A DNA stretch of 42,888 bases, from the IMG/VR virus record IMGVR_UViG_3300025838_000008; one strand, given 5' to 3'. The notes beneath the pieces were generated by a model. That model did no database searches and was not told the DNA's origin. It saw only the letters and a list, made by a program, of their open reading frames with translations. Source of the DNA: a virus. The translations under genes were made by a program, and so were the position numbers. Below, one piece after another: positions 15,206 to 25,300 of this stretch (position 1 is the first letter of the stretch; every line of letters begins with the position of its first letter).

Positions 15206-18031
15206 CTACACCGAGGCAATGCACCGCCATTTGGACGTTGCCCCGTTAAATTGGAACGTCACCGTTTTGGGTAGCGTCGTGGACCCGTTGGAAGTGGTGG
15301 GAGCCGACACGGTTGAGTTCTCCGTGTTGGTCCAACCGATTGTCTGACTCGCAGCGGAGAAATCGTAAACGCGCACGATCATTACTTGACCGTCGACAGC
15401 GCCGCTCGTGGCGAGGGTGATCGCCATCGTCGCCGCCGACGAGTTAGTAAAGTTGGCTGTCCCTGCCGTGACCGGCACGGTCCCAGCGTTGGATGCGACC
15501 GTGACCGTCGTCACTCCTGCAATCGCTGTAGGTGCCGCTTGCGATGTGAGAACGACTTGGCCCACCGTGGCGACATCCGAACTTGCCGCGCCAGCCGCGA
15601 AACCAGTTCCGCGTTGGCCGCCGCCCGTTACGCCTGATGTCGAAAGACCCAGCGTCGCTGCCGCTGCGTTTGGGGCTACCCATGCGCTCGACGAGTTGGT
15701 GGAAATGGAGAAGCACGAAGCCCAGTAGACGTTGCCGACCGGCGTGTAAGCGCCCGACCCTTGGATGTAGCAAGCCGCTGTGACCGGAGTGACGGTTGAT
15801 ATGGGGCTCATCCCCGTGATCGATTGCGCTCCCGTTGCCAGCGCGTTCGAGATGGTAAGCGAATACCCCGAACCCGAAAGCCCCGACGCGAGGACTGTCC
15901 ATGAGCCATTTAGGACCGCGAGCGCACCCGTAAAGCCGGACAGCGTAACCGCTTGACCGGAGGTGTAGGTATTGGTCTGGGTGAACGCGACGGTGGTTGA
16001 GTTGGTGACCGACACCGCCGTAATGGCTCCGATGGAGGTTGCCGGCGTGGTCGTGGAGGTCATCTGGGTCCACGTTGACGAATTGACAGTCACGCCGGCG
16101 CTCAACGTCCCTGCGGTCAACGCCGAAATGTATTTGTTGTTCGAGTCGTAGTACGCCAGTCCGATTCGGAATTGCCCGTTCAAGCCGGAACTAAGGACGT
16201 TCGATGCCGCCCCGATGATGTACGCCATTGAGGTGAGAGCCGTCCCAACCGTCACGGGCGTGCGGTTCGTCGCTGAGTTGTAGTTCGCAAACCCCGGACC
16301 GGCCGCCGTCGCCACCGTCACCTTCAGCGCATAGCCAAAGGTCCCTGCGTTTGAGAACGGGGACTGGACCGTCGTGTCGCGTGCGACCGTGGCGTTGGAG
16401 AACGCTCCCCAGTCGCCTAGGCCCGTGAGCAAGTACGCATCGTTCAAAGCGTTCGCCAGCGTTCCCGTGGGGTAGTTGCCGATGTTGTTTGGACCGGCGT
16501 TCAGGGGAACGGTGACCGAGGACGACGCCGAAAACGACGAAACGGACAAAGTGCCGGGGATGTTGGTCTGGCCGGCGTCGACATAAAACCCAGCCGCCAG
16601 TCCCGACGTGCCGGTGTACCGATTCAGAGTGTTCGACCAGTCGACTCCTGCCACGGCCACCGAATTGACCGCGTACCCGGCGAAGGCTATTCCTGCGCCC
16701 GTGGTGTTTTGAATTGTCCCGCCGAGGACCGAGACGGAGTTTGCGTTGCCGGTCAGAGTGATGGCTGCTGCCTTCCAGCCGTACTGGACTCCAACCGATG
16801 TGATCGAGCCGCCTTGCCACGCGATCCACGTTCCCGACGTGGCATCCCCCAGCCAGCCGCCTTGAATGGTGCAGGCGGTGTTGATTGGATTGGCAGAACT
16901 AAAGCCGGGCGCGTCAGCGTCGGCAACAAGAAACTTGGCGACCAAGGAAGGCGTCGGTTCAGAAACGGGCGAAACAATGAGCGCGCCTTCGCCGGGATTG
17001 TGGATGGTGGGTCCAGCGAAACTGGTGAAGCCGCACCCGATCAGGCTAAGGCCGTTGGTGTAGTTGTAGACGATGTTTGTCGTGCCGGACGTCGAGGACG
17101 CACCTTCGACGGCGGTGTAGCCGTAGGTGAAATCAACGTCGTAGAAGCCGACAAGGTAGGAGTTGTTGCACCTCACGAGGTAAGCGGTGGTGTTGCCCGC
17201 AACGGCCCCGATCACGCCGCCGTGGAATCTAATGTGGGACGCGATCCCGGACGATACCGATTGCCCCGAAATATCAATAAACGTCCCAGCGAAAGAGGCG
17301 TCCGTGACGTTGTAGTCAATGTCATAGGAAGTGAACCCGACAATGGAATTACCAATAAGAATCTTGTTCCACACCTGCGCCCCGCTGGCGACGCTCGCGA
17401 TGAATGATCCCGTCGTGAGATACAGAATCCCGCCGGCGACGTAGTAGGTGATGGACTGGTCGCCGCCCGTGGTTTCGATGGTCCCGACCAAGGGGGAGCC
17501 GGCCGAGCCGGCCGCCAGCGTGCCCGTGTTCACCGCGACGGACGTGCCGCCGGCCGAAGCCGTGCCAGAAGTTGTTGTGGACCCTAGACCCGTTCCGGTG
17601 TATTTGAGTTGCGAACCGTGAGCAGGTGAGTACCCACCAGCCGACGCGCCTCGAATTGTGACGTTGGATTGGAGTTGGATTTGCCCCGTGAACCGGTACG
17701 TTCCAGCGTCAAGGAATCCTTCTCTACCCGTTGAGTTGCACGCAGCCAACCATGAGTTGATCGCAGCAGTGTTGTCGGATGACGATGTTGACACGCTGTA
17801 GTCAGACGCGCGTAAGAACGGTAAAGCCGAGGGCGAATACGACGTTGCCGTGGCCGAAATCGACGTAAGAACGCCACTCGCGTCGACGGTGATGACAGGG
17901 GTTTGGCCCGCGCCGCCGTAGGTGCCAGGGTTGACACCCGTGGTTTTAAGGACGAGGGACGGCTGTGCGCCTACCTTGGGAACGCCGAAAATGTCCGTCC
18001 ACTTGTGCTTGTGGCCGGGGATTCCGCTCAT
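15206..18031 (-). CDS. tailspike/tail fiber with a pectate-lyase-like beta-helix (putative depolymerase)
   Basis: N-terminal GHKHKWTDI (fiber HxH motif). SSSDNTAAINSWLAACNSTGREGFLDAGTYRFTGQIQLQSNVTIRG matches the Pectate_lyase_3-type beta-helix entry motif. 941 aa, Gly/Thr/Ser-rich. Confidence 0.65.
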   Translation of the reverse strand: MSGIPGHKHKWTDIFGVPKVGAQPSLVLKTTGVNPGTYGGAGQTPVITVDASGVLTSISATATSYSPSALPFLRASDYSVSTSSSDNTAAINSWLAACNSTGREGFLDAGTYRFTGQIQLQSNVTIRGASAGGYSPAHGSQLKYTGTGLGSTTTSGTASAGGTSVAVNTGTLAAGSAGSPLVGTIETTGGDQSITYYVAGGILYLTTGSFIASVASGAQVWNKILIGNSIVGFTSYDIDYNVTDASFAGTFIDISGQSVSSGIASHIRFHGGVIGAVAGNTTAYLVRCNNSYLVGFYDVDFTYGYTAVEGASSTSGTTNIVYNYTNGLSLIGCGFTSFAGPTIHNPGEGALIVSPVSEPTPSLVAKFLVADADAPGFSSANPINTACTIQGGWLGDATSGTWIAWQGGSITSVGVQYGWKAAAITLTGNANSVSVLGGTIQNTTGAGIAFAGYAVNSVAVAGVDWSNTLNRYTGTSGLAAGFYVDAGQTNIPGTLSVSSFSASSSVTVPLNAGPNNIGNYPTGTLANALNDAYLLTGLGDWGAFSNATVARDTTVQSPFSNAGTFGYALKVTVATAAGPGFANYNSATNRTPVTVGTALTSMAYIIGAASNVLSSGLNGQFRIGLAYYDSNNKYISALTAGTLSAGVTVNSSTWTQMTSTTTPATSIGAITAVSVTNSTTVAFTQTNTYTSGQAVTLSGFTGALAVLNGSWTVLASGLSGSGYSLTISNALATGAQSITGMSPISTVTPVTAACYIQGSGAYTPVGNVYWASCFSISTNSSSAWVAPNAAAATLGLSTSGVTGGGQRGTGFAAGAASSDVATVGQVVLTSQAAPTAIAGVTTVTVASNAGTVPVTAGTANFTNSSAATMAITLATSGAVDGQVMIVRVYDFSAASQTIGWTNTENSTVSAPTTSNGSTTLPKTVTFQFNGATSKWRCIASV

Positions 18032-18059
18032 GCGCCCACGCTACTTGTGTGGGCGAGGG

Positions 18060-18587
18060 TCAGGCTGGCGTGATGCCGTTGGCTTCGAGGCGTGCCTTGG
18101 CCGCTTCGACGTCGGCCGTCTGAGTGTCGTCAAGGACTTCACCAGCCTCGAACGCGGCAAGCGCGAACGCCACGACCTCGTTGTCGTGGGTCGGGTCGTA
18201 GGCGGGCTCAACGGGGGCCGTAGGCGCTTCGGCGGGCTCGGCCGGAGTCTCGGGGGCAACCGGCTCGGCAAGTGCTTCGGGGGCGACAGGGGCTTCCACA
18301 GGGGCCGGAGCAGGAACAACGGGCGGCACCGTGTAACTCGTTTCGACGTGTATTTCGATGGCCGTCGCCTGTCCGGGGACGACCGTGTTGTCAATGCCGT
18401 TAAACGACACGATGTACGGGCCGGGGGGCAGCACGTCGACAAGAGCCTTAGCCGCTGCAAACGCGGCGGGGATGAAAGTGCCCGATTCCAGTTCGCTCAT
18501 GCCGTTGTTGCTCACCACTTCGGCGGTGATGGAGTCAGCGGTGAACGCTTCGGCGTTCTGAGGGTTAACGGTGATCCTGAACGACAT
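18060..18587 (-). CDS. hypothetical virion protein with a Pro/Ala-rich linker
   Basis: ATG 18587 with AGGAGA upstream. MSFRITVNPQNAEAF... then PAPAPVEAPVAPEALAEPVAPETPAEP. The ORF-track N-terminal extension is Arg/His-rich and discounted. Confidence 0.55.
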   Translation of the reverse strand: MSFRITVNPQNAEAFTADSITAEVVSNNGMSELESGTFIPAAFAAAKALVDVLPPGPYIVSFNGIDNTVVPGQATAIEIHVETSYTVPPVVPAPAPVEAPVAPEALAEPVAPETPAEPAEAPTAPVEPAYDPTHDNEVVAFALAAFEAGEVLDDTQTADVEAAKARLEANGITPA

Positions 18588-18621
18588 GGGTTCTCCTTCT
18601 GTTCGATGCTGATGGTAGCAG

Positions 18622-18939
18622 TTAGGGCAACGGGAACGGTGATTGCGGCCCGTTGAATGGTGGCGGCGTGGTCGCGGTGTCAATCGGCACGGTCGTATTG
18701 GCTTGGTCGAGTCCGGCAATGCGGAACTCTTTTTCGTTGGCAGCGTTGGCAGCGTTGGTTTTTTGCACGTTGGACCAGAAATTTGCTCGGGCGGCGAGGG
18801 TTTCGTAGGACGGCTCTTTGCGGTCGGCTCGAATCATCTGAGCGTAACGACGTTCTTGGGGGGCGTGCAGGGGGTCGGCTTTGCGCGTGGGCTTTTGTGC
18901 GCCCTTGGACCCCGATGGCTTTTTAGGGGTCCGGTGCAT
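18622..18939 (-). CDS. hypothetical basic protein
   Basis: ORF-track 105 aa. The start shares one base with the upstream stop. Confidence 0.5.
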   Translation of the reverse strand: MHRTPKKPSGSKGAQKPTRKADPLHAPQERRYAQMIRADRKEPSYETLAARANFWSNVQKTNAANAANEKEFRIAGLDQANTTVPIDTATTPPPFNGPQSPFPLP

Positions 18940-19889
18940 CAGGCTTGGACTTTCGCAGATCCGAGTCCGAGGGCTTCGCCACCGTTACCCGTGATAGCCC
19001 CACCACCGCCACGGAATTCATCTTGGCGTGCGAGGGCGGCTTGCTTGACCTGTTGGTTCGCGTTGGCGTCGAGCCCGAATACGTCGGCAACCCCTTGGTT
19101 GGCCGCTGTCAATGGCGTGTTCATGTTCTGAGTGCCAGGGACCGGCGTTTGGCTGGCTTGCTCACCGACCGTCTGCTGGAATAGACCGGCTTCTTGGGTC
19201 AGGGTGTTGAACTTGCTTCGAGCTGACGACAGAGTTTCGCCCATGTCCGCGAGGCGTTGGGACAGACCGGCGCTGATGGGTAGGTTTGACTCGGCCGCGG
19301 CCCCTCGAATCTGTGCCCCGTTCAGCATCTTGAACAACGTGGTCGGGTCGATGTGGGGGTTGAGGAACACCGTTGCCGCTGCTGACGGAGCCTTGTCAGC
19401 CCCAAATTGCTGTAGAAAATAGTTCTGCACTTCGGCGGGCGCGTTGAGGTAGGTGTCGTAGCCCTGAGTCACCCGTTGCTGCACTTCGTTCGGGCTGAGT
19501 CCAAGGGCGATCATGTTGCCGATGGTTTCGGGCGTGTTCAGCGCGTCGGGGATGCCGCCTTGTTTGAGAACGTTCGAGATGCCTTCTTCCGCTTGGACGT
19601 ACTGACCGGGGTTGGTGACGTGACCGGCACGCACCGCGTCGTTGTAGCCGGGGTACGCCTTTTGGAACTGGCCCGTGGCTGGGAGAACGGCGTTAATCAT
19701 GTCGCCAGCAACGGTGGGGTCGGTGATCCCTTGCGTGGTAATCATGCCCCACAGGTAGCCAGCCAGCGTTTGCGTCGAGCCGTCCGGCTGGACCGCGCTC
19801 GAGGTCGGGTCGAGGCCAATGAGTTGCAGCGTCGAGTTGATGATGGCCGAAGCCGTGGAAAAGTCCAATGACGTCGAGGCAACGGTCAT
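18939..19889 (-). CDS. hypothetical virion protein
   Basis: ORF-track 316 aa. 4-nt overlap with the upstream gene. Confidence 0.55.
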   Translation of the reverse strand: MTVASTSLDFSTASAIINSTLQLIGLDPTSSAVQPDGSTQTLAGYLWGMITTQGITDPTVAGDMINAVLPATGQFQKAYPGYNDAVRAGHVTNPGQYVQAEEGISNVLKQGGIPDALNTPETIGNMIALGLSPNEVQQRVTQGYDTYLNAPAEVQNYFLQQFGADKAPSAAATVFLNPHIDPTTLFKMLNGAQIRGAAAESNLPISAGLSQRLADMGETLSSARSKFNTLTQEAGLFQQTVGEQASQTPVPGTQNMNTPLTAANQGVADVFGLDANANQQVKQAALARQDEFRGGGGAITGNGGEALGLGSAKVQA

Positions 19890-21196
19890 AGTCCAAATCC
19901 TTTCTTGATCGCGTCAGCAACGCCCCACGCCATGTTCTTCCCCATGTTGGTCGACTGGAACTGTGGGGTTTGCATGAGGTACGTCTGCAACTGGTCGGCG
20001 CTGGCAAGCGTCGGAGCCGAGTTGGACGCCGAGGACGAGGACGATGTGCCGGTCGCGGCAGCGGTCGCGGCCGATGTGGACGGTGGGGTCTTGCCAGCCA
20101 AGTACCAACTCCACTGAGGGTCGGTCAGGTCCACCATGTCGCCCGAGGCTTTGCCCGTGTATTGGGCAATCATGTTGCGGATCGGGGCAAGCGCGGCGTA
20201 GGGCGTGTTGTCGGTGCCGACCGACGTGGACGTGCCGATCACGCCTGCAAGCGCGGGGTACAGAATTTTGGCCGCTTGCTGGGCTTGGTCGGTGAAACCT
20301 GCAATGGCCCCTTGGATAAAATTGCCTTGGCCGGTGTTTGTCGCGAGCGCTTCTTGGACTTTCTGCGCCAATTGCTGCGGCGTCCAGTTCAAGTAGTAAT
20401 TGCGCGAAATGGACGCAAACTGGTTGTAGAGCGTCGAAGCATCGCCCGTGGCTGCGGACGCGCCTGGTGCTGCGCTGGCTGGGGCTGACTGGCTACCGAG
20501 GAACTGTTCAGCGTTGAACTTGTCCGTCACCATTTGGTAGATCTGAGCGTCGGCAAATTGGGTGTTGGAGTAAACCCCCGTTTTGGTAACGGAATTCGAC
20601 GCCACTGTTGACGCCATTGAGTTGATCGTGGCCGCGTCAAGGTTGACGCCGAGGGAATTGGCGATCGACTGGACGCGGGAAGCCGCTTCGCCAATCGCAG
20701 CTTGAGCCTGCGCGGGGTCGTTGGCTTGAGTTTCCTGCCACATGCGCTGGTTGTCGTTAGTCGACTTCCACCATTGCGTGTTCTGAATCAGGCTTTGGAA
20801 TTCGTTGGGGTCGTTGTGGAGCCCCATGTAGGTGCCGACAACAAGCGCGGTGCGGACTTCGGGTATGGACGCAGCCCACGCGTCTTGCGAGTAGTTCTGA
20901 TAAATGTCGGCCATCATCTGCTGCTCGAGGGCAGGGTTGTTGGCCCAATGGTCGATTGCCGCGCGCGCTTGCGGCATCAAGTCGGCAGGGATGGCGCTGA
21001 GATCCCAGCCACGGTACGCGCCGGGGCCGGTGTATGTGGCGTGCATTGACGCTGACACGGCGGCCTTAGGAGCGTTCGCTGCGGCAGCGGCTTGGGCTTG
21101 GGCCGTCTGCGCTGCTTCGTCCTTTGCCTTCTGAGCGTCAATGGCCGCTTGGACGGCGGCGGCTTGCTGGGCGGCGGTTTGGGTGGGCTTTGCCAT
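19886..21196 (-). CDS. hypothetical virion protein
   Basis: ORF-track 436 aa. Ala/Gln-rich N-terminus. Coupled on both sides. Confidence 0.55.
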   Translation of the reverse strand: MAKPTQTAAQQAAAVQAAIDAQKAKDEAAQTAQAQAAAAANAPKAAVSASMHATYTGPGAYRGWDLSAIPADLMPQARAAIDHWANNPALEQQMMADIYQNYSQDAWAASIPEVRTALVVGTYMGLHNDPNEFQSLIQNTQWWKSTNDNQRMWQETQANDPAQAQAAIGEAASRVQSIANSLGVNLDAATINSMASTVASNSVTKTGVYSNTQFADAQIYQMVTDKFNAEQFLGSQSAPASAAPGASAATGDASTLYNQFASISRNYYLNWTPQQLAQKVQEALATNTGQGNFIQGAIAGFTDQAQQAAKILYPALAGVIGTSTSVGTDNTPYAALAPIRNMIAQYTGKASGDMVDLTDPQWSWYLAGKTPPSTSAATAAATGTSSSSSASNSAPTLASADQLQTYLMQTPQFQSTNMGKNMAWGVADAIKKGFGL

Positions 21197-22326
21197 TACA
21201 GACCTGCCATCGGTGTTGTGACTACCGCCGCGCCAGCCGGAGTCAACGACGTCGGTGAGGCGGGCGAGGTTTGGTTGGACGGGTTGCCGTTGAGCATGTT
21301 CACCAGTTGGCCGTACAAGTAGGACGCACCGGTCGCGGCGTACTGAGCAGGGTTGGCTTGCTGGGCGGCGGCAATCGCTTCGGCGTCAAGGTTGGGGGCC
21401 GTCTTGGTCGCCACGGTAGTCGGGCCCGCTTGAAGCCGATCCGCGGCAGCTGCGTTCATGTTGCCACCAATGACGTCTTGACGAGCCTTTTCGAGATTAC
21501 CCGCCGACGCGATCAGGTTTTGCTTGGCAGCGTTGGCTTCGTCCACCGTGGCGTTGACTTCGGCGGCGTGAAAACCGGACACAAATTTGTCAACCCATCC
21601 CTGCGGCGGCGCTCCAAGGCCCATTGACTCCCACGCGGTTGCGGCGGTCTGCGCGATCTTGTTGGGGTCAGTCAGCGTCACGTTGGAATTAGTCACCGCC
21701 GCGGCTTGGGCTTGGGCGCTGGTGATGGATTTGTTGACGTCGGTAAGTTCCGACACAAGGTTTGGGTCTTGTTTGCCCGCCGCGAGCAAAACGCTGGCGC
21801 TGATGGCACCAGTCGCGTTTTTGCCCAGCGTTTCCCACGCTGATTTTGTAGCGGCGTCGAGGTCGCCGTCGACGGTGTGCGACTTAGACAAAAGGCCAGC
21901 GTCTTGCAGGTACATCTGCACCATCGCAATTTGCGATTTGTTGCTTTGCTGGTTGATGATTGCTTGGTTCCATTCCGAACCGGTCATGGTGCGCACGCCA
22001 TTGGCTCCCACCGACCCGGCGGAAAACTTGAACCCGAACACGTTGGACTTGTCGTTTCCCACGTTGACGGTGGCCGAATTGAAATTGCTGACAGACGCGC
22101 CGGTCGGCAGCAACCCCGTGGCCGAACCAGCGGTCAACCCGTTCAATTGTTGCGTTTGCTGCGCAATTGTCGAAGTTGAGTTTGACGCGTTGTTCGGGTC
22201 GTTTTGCGCCACCAATAACTCTTGAAGCAACGTTGAGATCTGAGCTTGTTGAGCTTTCGAGGGGTTCTTGACTTTTTGCAACTTTTGGAGTTGCTTTGTC
22301 AGCACTAACGGATCCGGCGTCACCAT
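21196..22326 (-). CDS. virion protein with a peptidoglycan-binding-like segment
   Basis: Probable start is ATG 22326, 13 nt after the giant gene's stop; the ORF-track TTG start at 22386 would overlap it. IAMVQMYLQDAGLLSKSHTVDGDLDAATKSAWETL resembles a PG_binding_1 repeat. Confidence 0.5.
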   Translation of the reverse strand: MVTPDPLVLTKQLQKLQKVKNPSKAQQAQISTLLQELLVAQNDPNNASNSTSTIAQQTQQLNGLTAGSATGLLPTGASVSNFNSATVNVGNDKSNVFGFKFSAGSVGANGVRTMTGSEWNQAIINQQSNKSQIAMVQMYLQDAGLLSKSHTVDGDLDAATKSAWETLGKNATGAISASVLLAAGKQDPNLVSELTDVNKSITSAQAQAAAVTNSNVTLTDPNKIAQTAATAWESMGLGAPPQGWVDKFVSGFHAAEVNATVDEANAAKQNLIASAGNLEKARQDVIGGNMNAAAADRLQAGPTTVATKTAPNLDAEAIAAAQQANPAQYAATGASYLYGQLVNMLNGNPSNQTSPASPTSLTPAGAAVVTTPMAGL

Positions 22327-22339
22327 AGTTCTTAGTATC

Positions 22340-25300
22340 TCATCCGGGGACGTTCTGAGAGAGAACGCCATTCCAAAGAGGGGCAACTACGGGGTAGTCC
22401 TGGGCAAAAGCGTTGCCGTAGGCGATCATTTGCAACTTGGCTTCGCGGTGCTGCTGGGCGTAAGCGCTGTTTCCCGCCGTTTGGTTGTACGCGTCAACCG
22501 TTTGGTTGTAAACCGCCATCAGTTCTCCGAGGCGCTGGGACAATTCGCCTTGGGGCAACGCGTCAGCAACAAGGGCTTGGTTGATTTCACCAATGATGGC
22601 TGTGCGGCGGTTTTTGGCGGTGGGATCGGTCAACATGGACGCGAAAATTGGGTGGCTGTTCTTGAACGACGTCGACCAGTTGTGCCATTCCTGACGAAGC
22701 GTGGCAACGTCGGCCCCAGGTTGGGCTTCGGCGGTTTTGACGGCGGCCTCCATTGGGAAGTAGACGTTGGCCCCTTCGGAGTATTTGAGTTGGTTGTACC
22801 AACCCGTGTGACCGATGGCGTCGTACAACGGCCGTTCGCCGCGAAGGTGAAGGTTGAGTTCTTGCTGATATGCGGTGCCGCTAAACGCCCCCTGAGCGGT
22901 GCTGGCCGGCATGAGCCACGGGGCCAACTGCGGATAATTGGACACGAATGTTGCGTTGCTGGTGAGCCAGTTGGCGGCGGCTTCGGTTGCCGGAACGTAG
23001 GTGCCGCTTTCGCGGTCGCCCGCCGTGGTGGATGAGAACAACGTGTACGCCGTGGCGTTGGGGTGCGCTTTGATGAAAGCTGCGATGGCGTCGGAGTACG
23101 TAAATGTGCTGTTTGTGTTCGCGAGAAGTGCTTGAAGTTGTGCGCCAAGGCCGTTGTCGTTGAACTTGAACGTCGGCGTAGCCGGTCCAAAGAACCCAGC
23201 CATTGTGCGGAACAGCATAAGGTTTTGCGCCCAATTGGAAATGCGGTCGATGTAGTTCTGCGTTTGCGTGGGGTTGGCGTTTGCGGGCAACCCGTGGCCG
23301 TTGGCCTCGAGGTACTGGGCGGCTTGAATCATGGATTGCATGTAGATCGACTGGACCGTGGGGTTTGAGGCTTGGTTCGCAATGGATGACGTAAGCCATT
23401 GTTGAGTGCGATACTCAATCGACGGAAGTAACTGGTTGATCGCGTCCGTTTTCCAGTTCCCGTGTTCGTTGACCGGCGGCGCAGACGGCCCGAGCATTTT
23501 CTGAACAAGGCCGTCCGTCGAAGGGAACAAGCCCCCGGCGACAATCATGGGGATGGTGGCGATTGGGCCCCACGCCGGCCACGGTTCGGCGCCGGTGGCG
23601 AGCGATGGGTTGAGTTGGTTGATTTCACCGGTCAATCCGACGCTGACCGGCAGGTCGGCCCCAAACACTTTGGACAGCAAGTGCAGCATTGCCTGAGATC
23701 CGGGGTACACGAACGAGTCCTGCCCGTAGGAGTCTTTGGTGACAAAGCCCACCGAACGCAGCCCGTTCATGGTTTGCTGCAACTTGTACCAGGCTTCGGG
23801 GTACGTTCCGAAAAGACGGCTCCAACGCTTGTACCACTGTTCCTGCGCGAACCAAAACGGCATGAGGTTGCGAGTCACTTCGGCAAACTGGCTGCGCGCG
23901 CGAGGGTCGTGCAAGTACGTAATGGTTTCGTTGGTCGCGCGCTCCATTGAGATTTCGTGAGCAAGGTCGCCGGATTTGTCAACGATTCCTCGAGCCTTGA
24001 GCAACGCGTCGACTTCGCGGCGGCTCATGGCGTAGTTGTAGAGGAAGGCCGGTTGACGGCTCATCCAGTCGGCAGGTCGGCCCACGATGGCCCTCATGCC
24101 TTTGTCGACGATCGAGGCCACGGGGTTCGCGCCCTTGATCGTCACAATGCGCGCAGGGGCGGTGATGTTTTCGGGCACGTGGATACTTTCAATGCGCGAC
24201 AGTTCGCTGGTGTCGGGGGTAACGCCGGGCATCCCTCGTTCACCGGTACGCGCGATTTCGCCAATAATGGTGCGCTTGGTTTCCTCGCTCGATTTGGCAA
24301 GTCCAATGTCGCCAGACTCGAAACTTCCCATGTGCTTTGGGGGCTTGCCGAACGTGTTGGCCCCTGCCTGCTGGTCGTCCATAAGGCCGCGAATGTGTCG
24401 ATCGAGAACGTCGCCCGACGAGCCGGCCGCTAACTGCTCCCGAGCGGACGTCAATTGCGCGTCAAGTGTCTTGAGGTTCTTCTGAGCAATGTGGACGTCT
24501 TTGATGGCAGCCGATGCTTCTTTTGCGCTTCCAAGTTCACTCTTGATTCGGTTGAGGTTTTCGACCGCCGTGCGTTCCGCGCTGACAGCGTTTGCGTGCG
24601 ATTCTTCGAACTGCGGCAGGCGTTCGCGGAGTTCGGCAAGGCGCGCATCTTCTTGGGCGGTAATGACGTCATCAGGAGCGTGAGGGTGGTATTTGTAGTA
24701 CGCCTTCAAGTTCTTGGCGGGCACGTCAATTTGGTAAACGTCACCATCTTCCCCAGCGTGGCGCGACGCGCGCTCATAACTTGGGCTCCATGATCGTCCA
24801 GGTGCTACTTCCGTGGAAAAGTCCGCGCCGGTAGTGGCGTCGACATTGCGACCGTGGAACAACCGAACGTGGCCTTTGGGGACGCCAAAGTACGCGGTGC
24901 TTTCGTCGGCAAGGTTGATGGGGCGTCCGGTGTCGCCATTTACGATTTGCCAGAACATTCTGCCGGGAACAGTGTCCGGCAAACGGATAGGTTCGGATTC
25001 GCCAGCGACAGGGATCCGCTGGGCTTCGCCGTCGACGTCCTCGAAATCTTGGCCGTGGGGGGTAAACGTCAGCGTCTTGACTTCGCGCCACACGTCCTCG
25101 GCCCATTGGCGAATTGCGAGGTCGCGCGTCGTTTCGCCGGTCAGCACCCGTTCGCCATTGACCGACGAGTACCGAGGGGAGTTCTTCAACAAACTTTCGT
25201 GGCGCGTCAAGCGCCCTTGCAGCGATTTGGCATAACCCAGCAATTCTTTTGTGCGTTCTTCTTGTTCAGGGTTGCCTTTGCCAGAAAACGACGCCATGTG

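Noticed and set aside
24690-24900. Possible ADP-ribosyltransferase-like segment (RLFHGRN...SWSPS...GEDGDVYQIDV) in the giant protein
   Set aside because: Only loose resemblance to the H/R-S-E signatures, with no clear ExE or catalytic Glu context. Too weak to call without profile searches.
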